Positions 9,397-19,857 are shown, counted from the first letter of the stretch. The stretch is DNA of 64,000 nucleotides from Bacillota bacterium (GCA_040767525.1 JAXGOJ010000007.1:825-64824); one strand, 5' to 3'. The notes: generated by a model not told the origin, from the sequence alone. Translations and numbers: made by a program.

Positions 9397-9761
9397 TTAT
9401 CTGTTCTGATGCCCTGACACCCTGGGACGCGAGTGCTCTTCAAGCATGTCTTTCTTGAACTCCTCAACAACATCGCCTACAATCTTGTTTAATCCCATAC
9501 CGTATACCCTTATCCCGGCGGCATCGAGAGATGAAAATGCCTTGGGTCCAACATGTTGGGCACACACAACACTGACGTCCTTTTTCGATAACACCTGTGC
9601 TGAGTTGATTCCCGCCCCGTGGCCAAGAGCCACTGACGGGTTTTCTATAGCCTCTGTCTCGCCTGTTTCAAGATCAACGATTACAAAATACTGACTTCTG
9701 CCAAATCTGGGATCCACCTTGGAATCCAGGGTTTTCCTTGAGAGCAAACGGCCAATTTCAC
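9397..9761 (-). CDS. NifX/NifB-C-terminal-type (dinitrogenase FeMo-cofactor biosynthesis domain) small protein; one frame break near 9733
   Basis: Core sequence VDPRFGRSQYFVIVDLETGE...GAGINSAQVLSKKDVSVVCAQHVGPKAFSSLDAAGIRVY. The true start is probably GTG 9761 (MKLAVCSQGK, RBS AGGAGG at 9771-9776) in another frame. One extra base in TTTT 9732-9735 joins the frames. Confidence 0.75.
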
Positions 9762-10093
9762 TTAGAAGTACCTCCTATTGATTCAGAAGCTGTCGTTATG
9801 GATATATACCCATATCCATTATAGTTGTGTTTAGATATAAGTCAACAACTTTTTTGAAATCCTCTCGCCAATAAAGCTTCTGCTTCACAATTGCCGTGTA
9901 TACGATTGATCAGTGGAATAATTGAAAAGTCTTCCCACAAAACCTGCGATACTGTGGCCAATGAAGCCATAGGCTGGGGCAGTAGAATCTCTGTCCGTTG
10001 CATCCATACCAGACAGAATTACAGGTTTTTTTACATTTTGCTATCGATTAATATAGGGATCTCGAATTTCCTTGAAAGGAGTCGAAGAAGAAC

Positions 10094-10743
10094 ATGCGAA
10101 AGACAAGAATCACTGTAACATCGCTTTTGGTCCTGTCTCTAACATGATGCTCTTTGAATGCAGACACCGGCATAGAAACAGGGGTTTTGATGAAATCGAA
10201 GGCACTGTCATTTCGACGGTGTACGACCAAATTACCGTAGAAACCGAGGATCAGGAAACAGTCACGGTAAAATTCGCAACTAATGTTTCTATATTCATAG
10301 AAAAAGACGAAGCTACCTGGGAAGATTTAAAACCGGGCGACAAAGTCGAGATCAAGGTTGATGAAGACGGACTTGCTGTTTTCATCAAAATAGAACGCGA
10401 AGATGACGAAGACGAAGAAGAGATAGAATACCAAGGTATTGTTGCTGCAATTACTCTACCCTCAGGAGAGACAGACGGATCAATCAAGATCGAAACTGAG
10501 GATGGCATCAAGGAATTCGCCCTTCCTTCAAATGCGCAAGTCAAGGCCGGGTTTGAGCTTTCGGACATCGAAACCGGTATGAAGGTTGAAATCGAGGTAG
10601 TAGGCGATGAGGCCGTAAAGATCAAAGTCGAAGGCCCGGATGGTGAATATGATGAGACTAATCAGGGAAAGAAGAGCAAAGATGGGGGGGTTAACCTCGG
10701 GAAATTGAGCTGGACGTGCCACCCTACGGCGCATCCTGAATAA
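10094..10743 (+). CDS. Acidic secreted/lipoprotein-like protein with two beta-rich repeats of about 55 aa; disrupted by an in-frame TGA and one frame break
   Basis: ATG 10094 gives the signal peptide MRKTRITVTSLLVLSLT, then TGA (10145-10147), then CSLNADTGIETG. After the G-run 10181-10184 the sequence continues in the frame of ORF 10072-10743 (GFDEIEGTVISTVYDQITVETEDQ...). Internal repeat of the form ...GDKVEIKVDEDG.. / ..GMKVEIEVVGDE.. Confidence 0.55.
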
Positions 10744-10758
10744 CCCATTCGGGATGGT

Positions 10759-10787
10759 AAGAAGGAGGGGGCAGGCCCCTCCTTCTT
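10759..10787. terminator. Bidirectional hairpin terminator between convergent genes
   Basis: AAGAAGGAGGGG-gcagg-CCCCTCCTTCTT, a perfect 12-bp GC-rich stem. Confidence 0.6.
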
Positions 10788-10825
10788 GATAGCTTCTTAC
10801 CCTGTCGCTTTAAGCGCCCTTTCCT

Positions 10826-12630
10826 CTAAACTTTCAAGTGTTTCTTAAAAAACCTTGCAACCTGCGGATAGCAATCCAATTTGTTTGCAAGTCTTACTAT
10901 GCCATGGCCTTCGTCTTCGTAGCGGAGGGATTCCACAGGCCGCCCGAGTTTGCGCAACTTATCCACAATCTGCTCAGCCTCGCCAATTGGTACCCTCAAA
11001 TCATTTGCTCCGTGAATAACCAAAAGAGGACACACAATCCTGTCAACTTTATGAACCGGTGATACACTCCTTAATATATCCCTGTGCTCCTCCAGGCTTC
11101 CATATTCTGTTGACCGGTGCAGCCTTCTAAAAGATGCGGTGTTTTCCAAGAAGGTTTCAAAATTGGCAATACCCACAATGTCCACGGCTGCAGCCCAAAG
11201 TTCTGGATATTCAGTAATGCTTGCCAGGGTCATGAACCCGCCGTAACTCATCCCCATGACGCCAATCCGTTCAGGATCAGCTATTTTTTGCTCAAGCAGA
11301 TAAGAAACCAGTGAATTAATATCGGCAACACTGTCCATGCGCTTTTCAACATCATCCAGGTGGTGGTAAGTCTTACCATACCCTGTGCTCCCGCGCACGT
11401 TTGGTGCCACAACTGCAAACCCTTGATTAACAAGATACTGGAGGATAGGACTAAAAGCCGGCCTCTCTTGCCCCTCGGGCCCTCCGTGGATGTTTATGAC
11501 CACAGGAAGGGGCTCAGACGGTGCATGGTAAGGCTTAAAAAGCCAGGCAGGTACTTCCAAACCATCAAAGGACTTGAAGCGAATCAGCTCAGGTTCAACG
11601 AATCCATCTTCCAGAATGCCGCATTTTGAGCTGAATGTTACTTGCTTGGCTGTACCTGCATCAATGTCCAGTACCCAGATATCCGATGGCCTGCCTCCGC
11701 TGGCCAGGCTAAATGCAAGCTTGTGCCCGCAGGGCGACCATTCAATGTTGCTGTACCGGCTTATGACGCCACGGGGAATGTCAGGTACTTCCATAAACTT
11801 CCCGGTGTCCAAGTTCTTGATCCTAAGGACGGAGTAGCCGTCTGCATTCACTGTAAAGGCCAGATACCGGTCATCAGCCGAAATAGCCGGGGCTTCAATA
11901 TCCCAGTCTTCTTTGTGGATAGGCTCCATTTTATCAAGAGCCACATCGTACCAGGCTAGATAAATAAACTCACTGTCCTTATCAGTGAGCAAGTAAAAGC
12001 CCGCCGAGTCCGACTTCCACACAGGGTCAGTAAAGGCGCCAACTCCGCCATCTCCTGGCACCTGCTTGCTTTCTCCGGTCTGCAGGTCAACCATCCACAA
12101 GGCATTGTCAGACTCCCCCTTGAGTTTATTGTACAAGAGGTACCTGCCATTAGGAGACAGAGCCGCAGGAGTATTGTAGTGATCGGTATTTTGCAAAACA
12201 ATCCTTTGTGTACCCGTATTCAGATCCTTGATGCAAATATCAAAGGTACTAAATGTCCTGGCGTTACAGGCAAAAACCAGCTTGTCCCCATTTTCTGTCA
12301 TGCCGCCATATTGATGGACAGCATCTGGATTGTCTGTAACGTTAATCGGAGGGGACCCATCCAATTTGAGCATAAAGATCTGGTTTCGTTCATTGCCTCC
12401 CACATCCATGGTAAAACATACTCCGAGGGAATGCTTCATGCGGTAAAGGGACCATATACGGTCGTTAAAGTATGTTAATTGCTCGGGATAACCTCCCTCA
12501 ACGTCCACACACCATACTTGTGGGACAATAATCGGCGATGTCGGTGGTAAAAGCCAGCTCTTTCCGTGTGAAAGCCATACAACATTGGAAGCACTTTGAC
12601 ATTCAAGTAACGGTCAATTTCATACCGCAT
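10826..12630 (-). CDS. S9 prolyl-oligopeptidase-family serine peptidase with an N-terminal beta-propeller; the first ~40 codons are spread over three frames
   Basis: Intact ORF 10826-12508. Nucleophile elbow GMSYGGFM, Asp region IHGANDLRVP, His region EDEGHG. Upstream fragments MRYEIDRYLNVK / SASNVVWLSHGK / ELAFTTDIAD / PQVWCVDVEGGYPEQLT can be read from ATG 12630 with about 3 frame changes. Confidence 0.8.
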
Positions 12631-12634
12631 TGAT

Positions 12635-14009
12635 TCAGGCCACCTTTTGCAATGTTAATATTAATGTTCTTTCAACAACTCCTGAAGGAAATAAAGGCTG
12701 CTTTCGCTGCTGAATCGTCACAAGTTTCTTTATAGGGAATACCTGATAATCTATTTCCTTTCCAGAACGTTGGTCTCCTCTACTTTCTCCAGGCAAGTCT
12801 CGACTTCACTTAAGTCCCGTACCTTTTTCAGCGTCGGCCGAAGGATCTTTGTCAAGTTCCCGCTGAGCGGCTCTGCTCAACATAATGGCGCTTAGCATGC
12901 TGTAAAATCTAGTGCTGTACAGGTTTGTGAACTTTGGCATTCAGGAATGCCTGTTCCCACTCAGGAGAGGCCTTTGCCCAATTACGCTTAGACATTGCCC
13001 TGATTTCATGTCGAAAAACGCTTTACCGCAGTAAACAAAGAATTGCCGGGGGGTAAAGGCTTTCAATCCTATTTACATGCTGGAGGCAAAATCTGTTGAA
13101 CTCTTCTGTATATCACAAGAAGCCAGCACTGCTTCACTGCGCAACATGTCAGAATCATTCAGGTTCGAAATATCCATATTGGAAGAAGTATGGGGCCTCA
13201 CAAACCAGAGTAAAGGCATCGCATATCTCCTTTACATAGTCAAAACTGCCTCCGCCGCTCTTGATCACTTCTGCTGATCCTTTTTCTGGAACTTCAGGAT
13301 GTACTCATACCGGTTCTTTGTGGAAGATTGCTTACAGACAGCCTTGGCCAAATCCTGGCATAAGGAGTCTCAGGCTCCCCCAGCCTTAAGGGCAGCTCCC
13401 CACTGTCAACAAGATCCCACAAAACAGGGTAGACATTGGGCATATCTTCGCTAAGATACCAACAGATTCGCCGAACCCGGCATTATGAAGGAATACATGA
13501 AATAGCTTGATTTCAGAAATCAACCTGGCAAGTGTACAGTTTCAGGAATAGGCGAATCAAACTTCAAAGTCTTGTATTCAAAAGGAAAAGTCCACTAACC
13601 TGTTCAAATCCCGCAGGCCGGAAGAAGTTTCGGGCGTAATTGCAAGATTAGCGCCTCAAACCAACCTTTCGTTCATGAAAGCTATCGGGATTCATACTGA
13701 CTTTATGCAGTACCAATCGAGGCCTCCCGCAACTTCTCATCTTCTGCAATCTTCCGGGTCAAAAATCCCCAGCATAGTCGAACGGATGGGTTCGTTGGGA
13801 TGGGGACTGGCAAATAGCAATACGTTTTTGCTGCCATTTCCAATTTTTAAGCACCGTATCGGATGGTTGTTTCTTGAACGTCCGATTTCAAATACCTTGA
13901 CTACATCAGGGAACTCCTCTGCCAATCGAAGCGAACTTGCGTCCATTTCATCCATTGTGAAAAAACTCTTGTAATCCGGCACCTCAGACAATATCTGTCT
14001 AATATCCAT
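12635..14009 (-). pseudogene. M14-type zinc carboxypeptidase-like gene, heavily frame-broken (more than 10 breaks/stops)
   Basis: Only the first 90 codons are intact (ORF 13737-14009: MDIRQILSEVPDYKSFFTMDEMD...VLLFASPHPNEPI, with an HxxE zinc motif). Downstream fragments in shifting frames include IAEDEKLREASIGTA, VSMNPDSFHERK and AFTLVCEAPYFF. The last open stretch ends at TGA 12635-12637, 5 nt before the S9 ATG. Confidence 0.6.
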
Positions 14010-14027
14010 TGTTTCTGGAACTCCTTT

Positions 14028-15014
14028 CTATATCCTATGGCAGGATGCCCAGTGGCCTGGCCTCACTTCACGCATTTCCGGGTATGTTTTCCGGCACTCG
14101 TCGACACACGCATAACAGCGAGGCGCAAAATAGCATCCCGGGCCCGGGTCAATGGGTGTAGGAGGTTCTCCATGAATAGTAATACTTTCACTCCTTGCAC
14201 CTACTTCAAGTGTAGGAAAGTTGGAAATAAGCACTTTTGTGTAAGGATGCTGTGGGTTTTGTATTACTTCATCGGTTTCACCGCTCTCGACTACACGGCC
14301 CAGGTACATTACTGCAATGTTATTTGATACATATCGTGTTACGGCTATATCGTGGCTGATAAATACCATGGCGGTATCCTTTTCGTGTATCAGTTCAAGA
14401 AGGATGTTCAAAAGGTCCGAACGGACGGACACATCCAGCATTGAAACCGGTTCGTCAGCCACAATGAATTTCGGGTCTAACTGCATAGCCCGCAAAACCG
14501 AAATCCTCTGGAGCTGCCCACCTGATAGCTCGTGAGGCCATCGGGAGAGATAGTCTTCTGCAGGTGCCAGGCCCAGTTTCCTCAGGCCTTCTGCGCAAAT
14601 TTGCAGTCTTTCGTTATCGTTGGCCCCGATCCCATGCAATTTAAGGGGTGTACTCAGAATCTGCCCAATACTGTGCCGGGGGTCAAAGGTCTCAAAGGGA
14701 TTCTGGAAGACAATCTGGACCTGCCGCCTGAAACTTAAGGGATCCCGTTCAACAACATCTTCGACATCTTCTCCGTTGAGCAAGACCTGGCCGCCAAAGG
14801 GTTTCTCCAGCCGGACAAGCAACCTGCCGAGGGTAGACTTGCCACAGCCACTTTCGCCTATAACCCCCAGGACTTCCCTTGGCTTCAGTGAGAAACTGAC
14901 ATTATCAACTGCCTTTACCCAGGAAGAAGGTGTATGGGCAAAGAAATCCCTTAAACCCTTTTTTTGAGGATACCACTGCTGAACAGCCTTTGCAGTAATA
15001 ACATCAGCACTCAT
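14028..15014 (-). CDS. Oligopeptide/dipeptide ABC transporter ATP-binding protein (OppF/DppF-like), locus 1
   Basis: Walker A GESGCGKST, signature LSGGQLQR, Walker B FIVADEP. C-terminal Opp-type extension with CYFAPRCYACVDEC. Confidence 0.9.
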   Translation of the reverse strand: MSADVITAKAVQQWYPQKKGLRDFFAHTPSSWVKAVDNVSFSLKPREVLGVIGESGCGKSTLGRLLVRLEKPFGGQVLLNGEDVEDVVERDPLSFRRQVQIVFQNPFETFDPRHSIGQILSTPLKLHGIGANDNERLQICAEGLRKLGLAPAEDYLSRWPHELSGGQLQRISVLRAMQLDPKFIVADEPVSMLDVSVRSDLLNILLELIHEKDTAMVFISHDIAVTRYVSNNIAVMYLGRVVESGETDEVIQNPQHPYTKVLISNFPTLEVGARSESITIHGEPPTPIDPGPGCYFAPRCYACVDECRKTYPEMREVRPGHWASCHRI

Positions 15015-15997
15015 TATTGCTCACCTCCCGTTAAATGACATCTAATAGCATGATCCGGTTCGACATCAGTTACAGGAGGAGATTCTTCATGGCACAACCC
15101 AATTGCTTTGGGGCAACGAGGAGCAAAGATGCAGCCTGAATGCTTTGCTTTCAGATCCGGCAAAGTACCAGGTATCCCCTGGAGCCGCTTTTTTTCTCCT
15201 TTTAGTGACGGGAATGACGCCAAAAGGCCCTGAGTGTAAGGATGCAAAGGATCACTAAACACACGCTCAACCGGCCCTATTTCCATGATATAGCCGGCAT
15301 ACATGACAGCTACCCTGCGGCAAGTCTCAGCAACAACACTCACGTCGTGGGTAATCAAAATGCTGGTTACATCAAGCTCGCTCTCCAGACGGCGGATCTC
15401 TTTCAGAACCTGCCCCTGAGTAACAACATCGAGAGCTGTGGTAGCTTCATCGAATATCACAAGCTGAGGTTGGTGTATAAGACTTAGAGAAATACATACT
15501 CTTTGCAGCATACCACCTGAAAGCTGGTGAGGGAAACTCTCAAGAACCCGATCAGACAGATTAACAATGGCAAACAGTTCCCGGATCCGGTCATAGACTT
15601 CATCTCTGGCCGCCTCAGGTTCATGAACCCTGTAAATATCAACAATCTGTTCACCTATGCGATGGACAGGGCTGAAACTGTTCATGGACTTTTGAAAAAC
15701 AACTGCAATCTCTTTCCAGCGAAGATTCTTAAGCGTCTTATCACTGCAGTTCAAAAGATCGGTATCTGAAAAGAACATTTCTCCTTCTACAACAGCATTT
15801 CTGGGAAGCAAGCGCAAAATTCCGTGGGCAAGAGTGCTTTTCCCGGAACCAGACTCGCCGACTATTCCCAGAGTGTCTCCCTGGGATAGACTTAATGAAG
15901 CATCTACCACCGCTTTTACCGTACCTGTAGGTGTCTGATAGCCAATAGACACGTCACTTAGATTCAACACTATATTACCATTCATAATACCAGACAC
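15014..15997 (-). CDS. Oligopeptide/dipeptide ABC transporter ATP-binding protein (OppD/DppD-like), locus 1
   Basis: Walker A GESGSGKST, signature LSGGMLQR, Walker B LVIFDEAT. C-terminal CIFAPRCPKAIGLC. Confidence 0.9.
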   Translation of the reverse strand: MSGIMNGNIVLNLSDVSIGYQTPTGTVKAVVDASLSLSQGDTLGIVGESGSGKSTLAHGILRLLPRNAVVEGEMFFSDTDLLNCSDKTLKNLRWKEIAVVFQKSMNSFSPVHRIGEQIVDIYRVHEPEAARDEVYDRIRELFAIVNLSDRVLESFPHQLSGGMLQRVCISLSLIHQPQLVIFDEATTALDVVTQGQVLKEIRRLESELDVTSILITHDVSVVAETCRRVAVMYAGYIMEIGPVERVFSDPLHPYTQGLLASFPSLKGEKKRLQGIPGTLPDLKAKHSGCIFAPRCPKAIGLCHEESPPVTDVEPDHAIRCHLTGGEQ

Positions 15998-16000
15998 CTC

Positions 16001-16876
16001 CTAAGAACGAAGTTTCGGATTAAGAACTTTGTTTAGTCCATCACCAATTAGATAAAAAGATGCAACAGTCATTACAATGGCAAAACCGGGGAAGGTTGCA
16101 ACCCACCAGGCAGAAGCAATATAGGTGCGTCCGTTGAATATCATCTGGCCCCAGCTTACAATGTTCGGATCCCCAAGGCCAAGGAAACTCAATCCGGCTT
16201 CAGTCAGAATTGCAGTTGCTATCTGCATCGTTGTATTCGACACAACGGGAAAAATACCGTTGGGAATAATATAACGCATTAGAATTCTCCATTCTGACTC
16301 CCCAGATGCCCGGGCTGCCTGAACAAAGGTGCGAGTACGGAGAGATAAAGCTTGAGATCTCATTACCCTGGCATTTCCCGGCCAACTGGTTAAGCCTATA
16401 ACCACCATAACATTCAACATACTACTGCCCATCAAGGCAACAACTATCAGTATCAAGAAGAAAGTAGGAATCATGAGCACAATGTCGATAACCTCAGAAA
16501 GGACAGCATCAACCTTTCCTCCGAAGAAACCTGCAACCGCACCGATAATCGTACCTAGAAGTCCGGACAAAGTTGCAGCAACTACACCGATCAATAAAGA
16601 TATACGCGTCCCATATACGATCCGGCTAAACACATCCCGCCCCAGGTTATCAGTACCCAATATATGCGCTTTGCTCGGAGCTTCGAGCAAATTGCCGATA
16701 AGAGCGTAGGGATCATACGGTGCAATCACGGGAGCTATAATGGCAATGAGCAGGATGATCATAAATAGCGAAAGACCAACCATTGCCTGAGTGTTGTTTC
16801 TGTAAGCCTGAGCAAATTCACTTATGCGACGCTTTGTGAGATTCATATTGTTTAGTTCGTTACTTATTGCCACCAC
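16001..16876 (-). CDS. Peptide ABC transporter permease (OppC/DppC-like), locus 1
   Basis: Six-TM BPD-transport permease containing LGTDNLGRDVFSRIVYG and an EAGLSFLGLG EAA-loop region. Confidence 0.9.
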   Translation of the reverse strand: MVAISNELNNMNLTKRRISEFAQAYRNNTQAMVGLSLFMIILLIAIIAPVIAPYDPYALIGNLLEAPSKAHILGTDNLGRDVFSRIVYGTRISLLIGVVAATLSGLLGTIIGAVAGFFGGKVDAVLSEVIDIVLMIPTFFLILIVVALMGSSMLNVMVVIGLTSWPGNARVMRSQALSLRTRTFVQAARASGESEWRILMRYIIPNGIFPVVSNTTMQIATAILTEAGLSFLGLGDPNIVSWGQMIFNGRTYIASAWWVATFPGFAIVMTVASFYLIGDGLNKVLNPKLRS

Positions 16877-16879
16877 CCC

Positions 16880-17845
16880 CTAATCGTACCGGATCCTTGG
16901 ATCGGCAACCGCATAAAGAACATCTACCAAAATCATGCATACAGCAACGGATATTGACATAATAAGATAAGTTCCCATTAATACAGGATAGTCTCTTGTG
17001 TTAATGGCACTCATCACCAACCGGCCCATCCCCGGCCAGGCAAAGACGATTTCCGTTGTAGTTGCACCGGTCATTACGTATGCCAGACGGATTCCAAAGG
17101 TTGTGATGGTCGGAAGAATAGCATTGCGGAATGAGTATTTCTGAAATATTCGTTTCTCATCCATACCGGTAGCTCTGAATAATGTAATATAATCATCTTT
17201 CATAACCTGGGCCAAAGAAGCTTTGGTGATCCTGAAATAAGTTGGAACGCCTACAAGAGTAAGAGTACCTACGGGCAAGGCCATATGTTTCAAAACATCG
17301 AGGACATACTTGATACCCGTATAGCTTGCCCTGGAATCCACCATCCCGGACGTTGGCAATAACCCCAGGCCCGTCGCAAATAGAAGCATCATCATTAGTC
17401 CCAGCCAAAAGGAAGGCATTGCATATAGTACATATGCAATAACAGAAATACCGTTATCCAATGCTGACCCTGATCTGCGGGCAGCAATGAGCCCGAGGCT
17501 TGTACCTATCAGCAATGCAAGAATTGCGCTGGTGAAAGTCAAAAGCAAAGTATTGCCGAGACGTTCCTTGATTAACGCTGCCACAGATCTTCCATATATT
17601 ATTGAATAGCCCAAATCACCTTTGAGCAAGGTCTTGATGTACGTCCATAACTGAACAATCACAGGTTTATCCAACCCGTATTTCGCCTTGGTAATATCAA
17701 TTAGCTCCTGTGACGGATTATCTGTACCCGCCAGGATAGTTATTGGATCACCAGGTGCAAAGTGAATCAAGAAGAAGTTTAGTACAAGAACAACAGCTAC
17801 TGTAAATGCCCCTGTAATGGCACGTCTTCCTATATACCGGCCCAA
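16880..17845 (-). CDS. Peptide ABC transporter permease (OppB/DppB-like), locus 1
   Basis: N-terminal FLIHFAPGDP motif, DKPVIVQLWTYIK, and a polytopic permease core. Confidence 0.9.
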   Translation of the reverse strand: MGRYIGRRAITGAFTVAVVLVLNFFLIHFAPGDPITILAGTDNPSQELIDITKAKYGLDKPVIVQLWTYIKTLLKGDLGYSIIYGRSVAALIKERLGNTLLLTFTSAILALLIGTSLGLIAARRSGSALDNGISVIAYVLYAMPSFWLGLMMMLLFATGLGLLPTSGMVDSRASYTGIKYVLDVLKHMALPVGTLTLVGVPTYFRITKASLAQVMKDDYITLFRATGMDEKRIFQKYSFRNAILPTITTFGIRLAYVMTGATTTEIVFAWPGMGRLVMSAINTRDYPVLMGTYLIMSISVAVCMILVDVLYAVADPRIRYD

Positions 17846-17865
17846 CCGAAAAACCTCCTGAAAAA

Positions 17866-17892
17866 GGTAAGAGAGGCTAAGCCTCTCTTACC
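17866..17892 (-). terminator. Intrinsic-terminator-like hairpin between the binding-protein and permease genes (partial terminator or mRNA stabiliser)
   Basis: GGTAAGAGAGGC-taa-GCCTCTCTTACC, a perfect 12-bp stem. On the minus strand it is followed by UUUUU and then the AGGAGG RBS of the permease gene. Confidence 0.65.
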
Positions 17893-17902
17893 TTATGCTA
17901 GG

Positions 17903-19483
17903 TTATTTGAATTCAACAAGGCTATAATTGCTAAATGTCAGGCCAGCTGCACCACCTTCAGGTGACTGCGGATGGCCAGTAATATCACTTGAGTAGACAG
18001 TGGAGCTGACAATCTCAATCAATGGTACAATCGGCAGATCCTCTGACATGATCTTCTGAGCCTTCTTGTACAGCTTGCCTCGCTCAGCTTGAACACTTTC
18101 CTTTACAGCGTCAAGAAGCACCTGGTCGAGTTCCTTATTGCTGTAATCTCCGGTAACACGGTTGGCACCTTCAGTGGCTATACGGCCATACAAGTTGTGG
18201 GGATCCGGGCCATGGAAACCATTTGTCATAGTAATGTCAAAGTTCATCTCCTGGCGAATACGGGGTACCCACGCAGACATCTCAAGCTGGATAACGTTGA
18301 GTTCAATACCAATCTTCTTAAGCTGCTCTTTGAGGATAGTAGCGGTATCGGCCACTGCAGCACTGGCAAAGTGGACGAAATCCAGCTTCATACGAACACC
18401 GTTAGCATCAGGTTTATACCCGGCATCATCTAATAAAGCATTGGCTTTCTCTATATCAAATTTAGGTGCAAGATCCTCATCGTTATATGCCCAGGCAATA
18501 ACAGGTGTATAGAAACCCCACGCTTCAGAACCAATGCCATGGAATGCCTTTTCCAGAATCTCAGACCGATCTACAGCCCTGGCAATAGCTTCTCTTACAC
18601 GGTGATCCTGCAAAGCCTCTTTCTTATGGTTAAATCCAAGATAATACCTGGACGGATACTCCTTAGAGATTACAGTGACCTTGGGATCTTCTTTCAGGCT
18701 CTTAATCTCGGAGTGAGCCGGGGCAGTGCCCATTATGTCAACTTCTCCGTTCTTAAAAGCCTGCAGTGCAGTACTCGTGTCAGGAATAATCTTGAATACC
18801 AGTTTCTTTATAGCCGGTGCGCCTTTGAAATAATCTTCGTTTGCCTCTAATTCCACACTCTCGCCTTGTTTCCATGATACAAACTTGAAGGGGCCTGTAC
18901 CTATAGGCTCCTGGTTGGCCGGATTGGTTGTCCAATCGGTACCTTCGTAAACATGTTTGGGCAGAATAAAGCATGCATACCATGACAAAAAGCTAAGCAA
19001 AGCGGAATCAGGCTGTGACATATGCAAAATTACAGTATACTCATCAGGACATTCAACAGATTCAATGTTCCTGTACTCATTGAACATTCTGCCCTTGTAC
19101 TCGCGAATTGCATCAAGTGTCCACTTGACATCGGCAGAAGTGAATGGTGTGCCATCGTGCCACTTTACGTTTTCCTCTAAATGGAAAGTATAAGTCAAAC
19201 CGTCTTCGGAAATCGTCCATTCCTTGGCCAAGTCCGGCTTAATCTCAAAGTTTCCGGTGATTGTTACAAGTTTGTTGAAAATATTCTGGTTAATAGCGTA
19301 AGCCGGGTCATCGCTTTTCCAGTCCGGGTTGAAGCTACCCGGGTTCTCAAAGTGGCTGACAATGAGTGTTGTCTTGTCAGCTCTTCCTGTTTCTTCACCC
19401 CCCTGGGGTTCCGGGGTGCAACCTGCAATCACTAGCGAGCAGAGCATAATCATAACAAGCAAACCTGTAAATTTTCTTTTCAC
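17903..19483 (-). CDS. Family-5 peptide/nickel ABC substrate-binding lipoprotein (OppA/DppA-like), locus 1
   Basis: Signal peptide and lipobox MKRKFTGLLVMIMLCSLVIAGC. 526 aa, with SBP_bac_5-like KWHDGTPFTSADVKWT. Confidence 0.9.
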   Translation of the reverse strand: MKRKFTGLLVMIMLCSLVIAGCTPEPQGGEETGRADKTTLIVSHFENPGSFNPDWKSDDPAYAINQNIFNKLVTITGNFEIKPDLAKEWTISEDGLTYTFHLEENVKWHDGTPFTSADVKWTLDAIREYKGRMFNEYRNIESVECPDEYTVILHMSQPDSALLSFLSWYACFILPKHVYEGTDWTTNPANQEPIGTGPFKFVSWKQGESVELEANEDYFKGAPAIKKLVFKIIPDTSTALQAFKNGEVDIMGTAPAHSEIKSLKEDPKVTVISKEYPSRYYLGFNHKKEALQDHRVREAIARAVDRSEILEKAFHGIGSEAWGFYTPVIAWAYNDEDLAPKFDIEKANALLDDAGYKPDANGVRMKLDFVHFASAAVADTATILKEQLKKIGIELNVIQLEMSAWVPRIRQEMNFDITMTNGFHGPDPHNLYGRIATEGANRVTGDYSNKELDQVLLDAVKESVQAERGKLYKKAQKIMSEDLPIVPLIEIVSSTVYSSDITGHPQSPEGGAAGLTFSNYSLVEFK

Positions 19484-19857
19484 GTCTTGGTTTCAGTCCT
19501 TTCCTTAATTCCTGTGTTTGAATGTTTGGCTGCCCGAACTACAATGTCATACGGCCGGCTAACACCTCCCAACGCTTCAGGCCTCGGGAAACATTATAAC
19601 CGTCATATGAACTACATATAAAGATACCTCTGCACATCACCTTCTTTTGAATTGACAGATTATTTGCTACTGAGAATCCCAAAGGACTCCCAGCACCCGC
19701 AGTAAATTCAGCATATTGGATATACATTCTACAGAATAGCATCAATTCCTTCTTGAGCTGAATGCGAAATGTTATATTCAGTTCCTCTTTATGCTAAGAA
19801 GCACCTCACAAACCGGGATGCCCCAAACATCGGCCAATGCCGACATTGAGTTCGGTG

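Noticed and set aside
9798-9819. Inverted repeat ATGGATAT-N6-ATATCCAT upstream of the NifX-like gene as an operator
   Set aside because: An 8-bp inverted repeat with a free spacer is expected by chance about once per spacer length allowed in 64 kb. Without a second copy or conservation it is not distinguishable from noise.
10145-10147. TGA read as a sense codon (genetic code 4 or 25) or as selenocysteine at the lipobox
   Set aside because: TGA clearly terminates well-conserved genes here, for example pmbA at 3487-3489 and mscL at 43952-43954. Long standard-code ORFs dominate. Sec before a lipobox Cys makes no sense, and I saw no SECIS-like hairpin.
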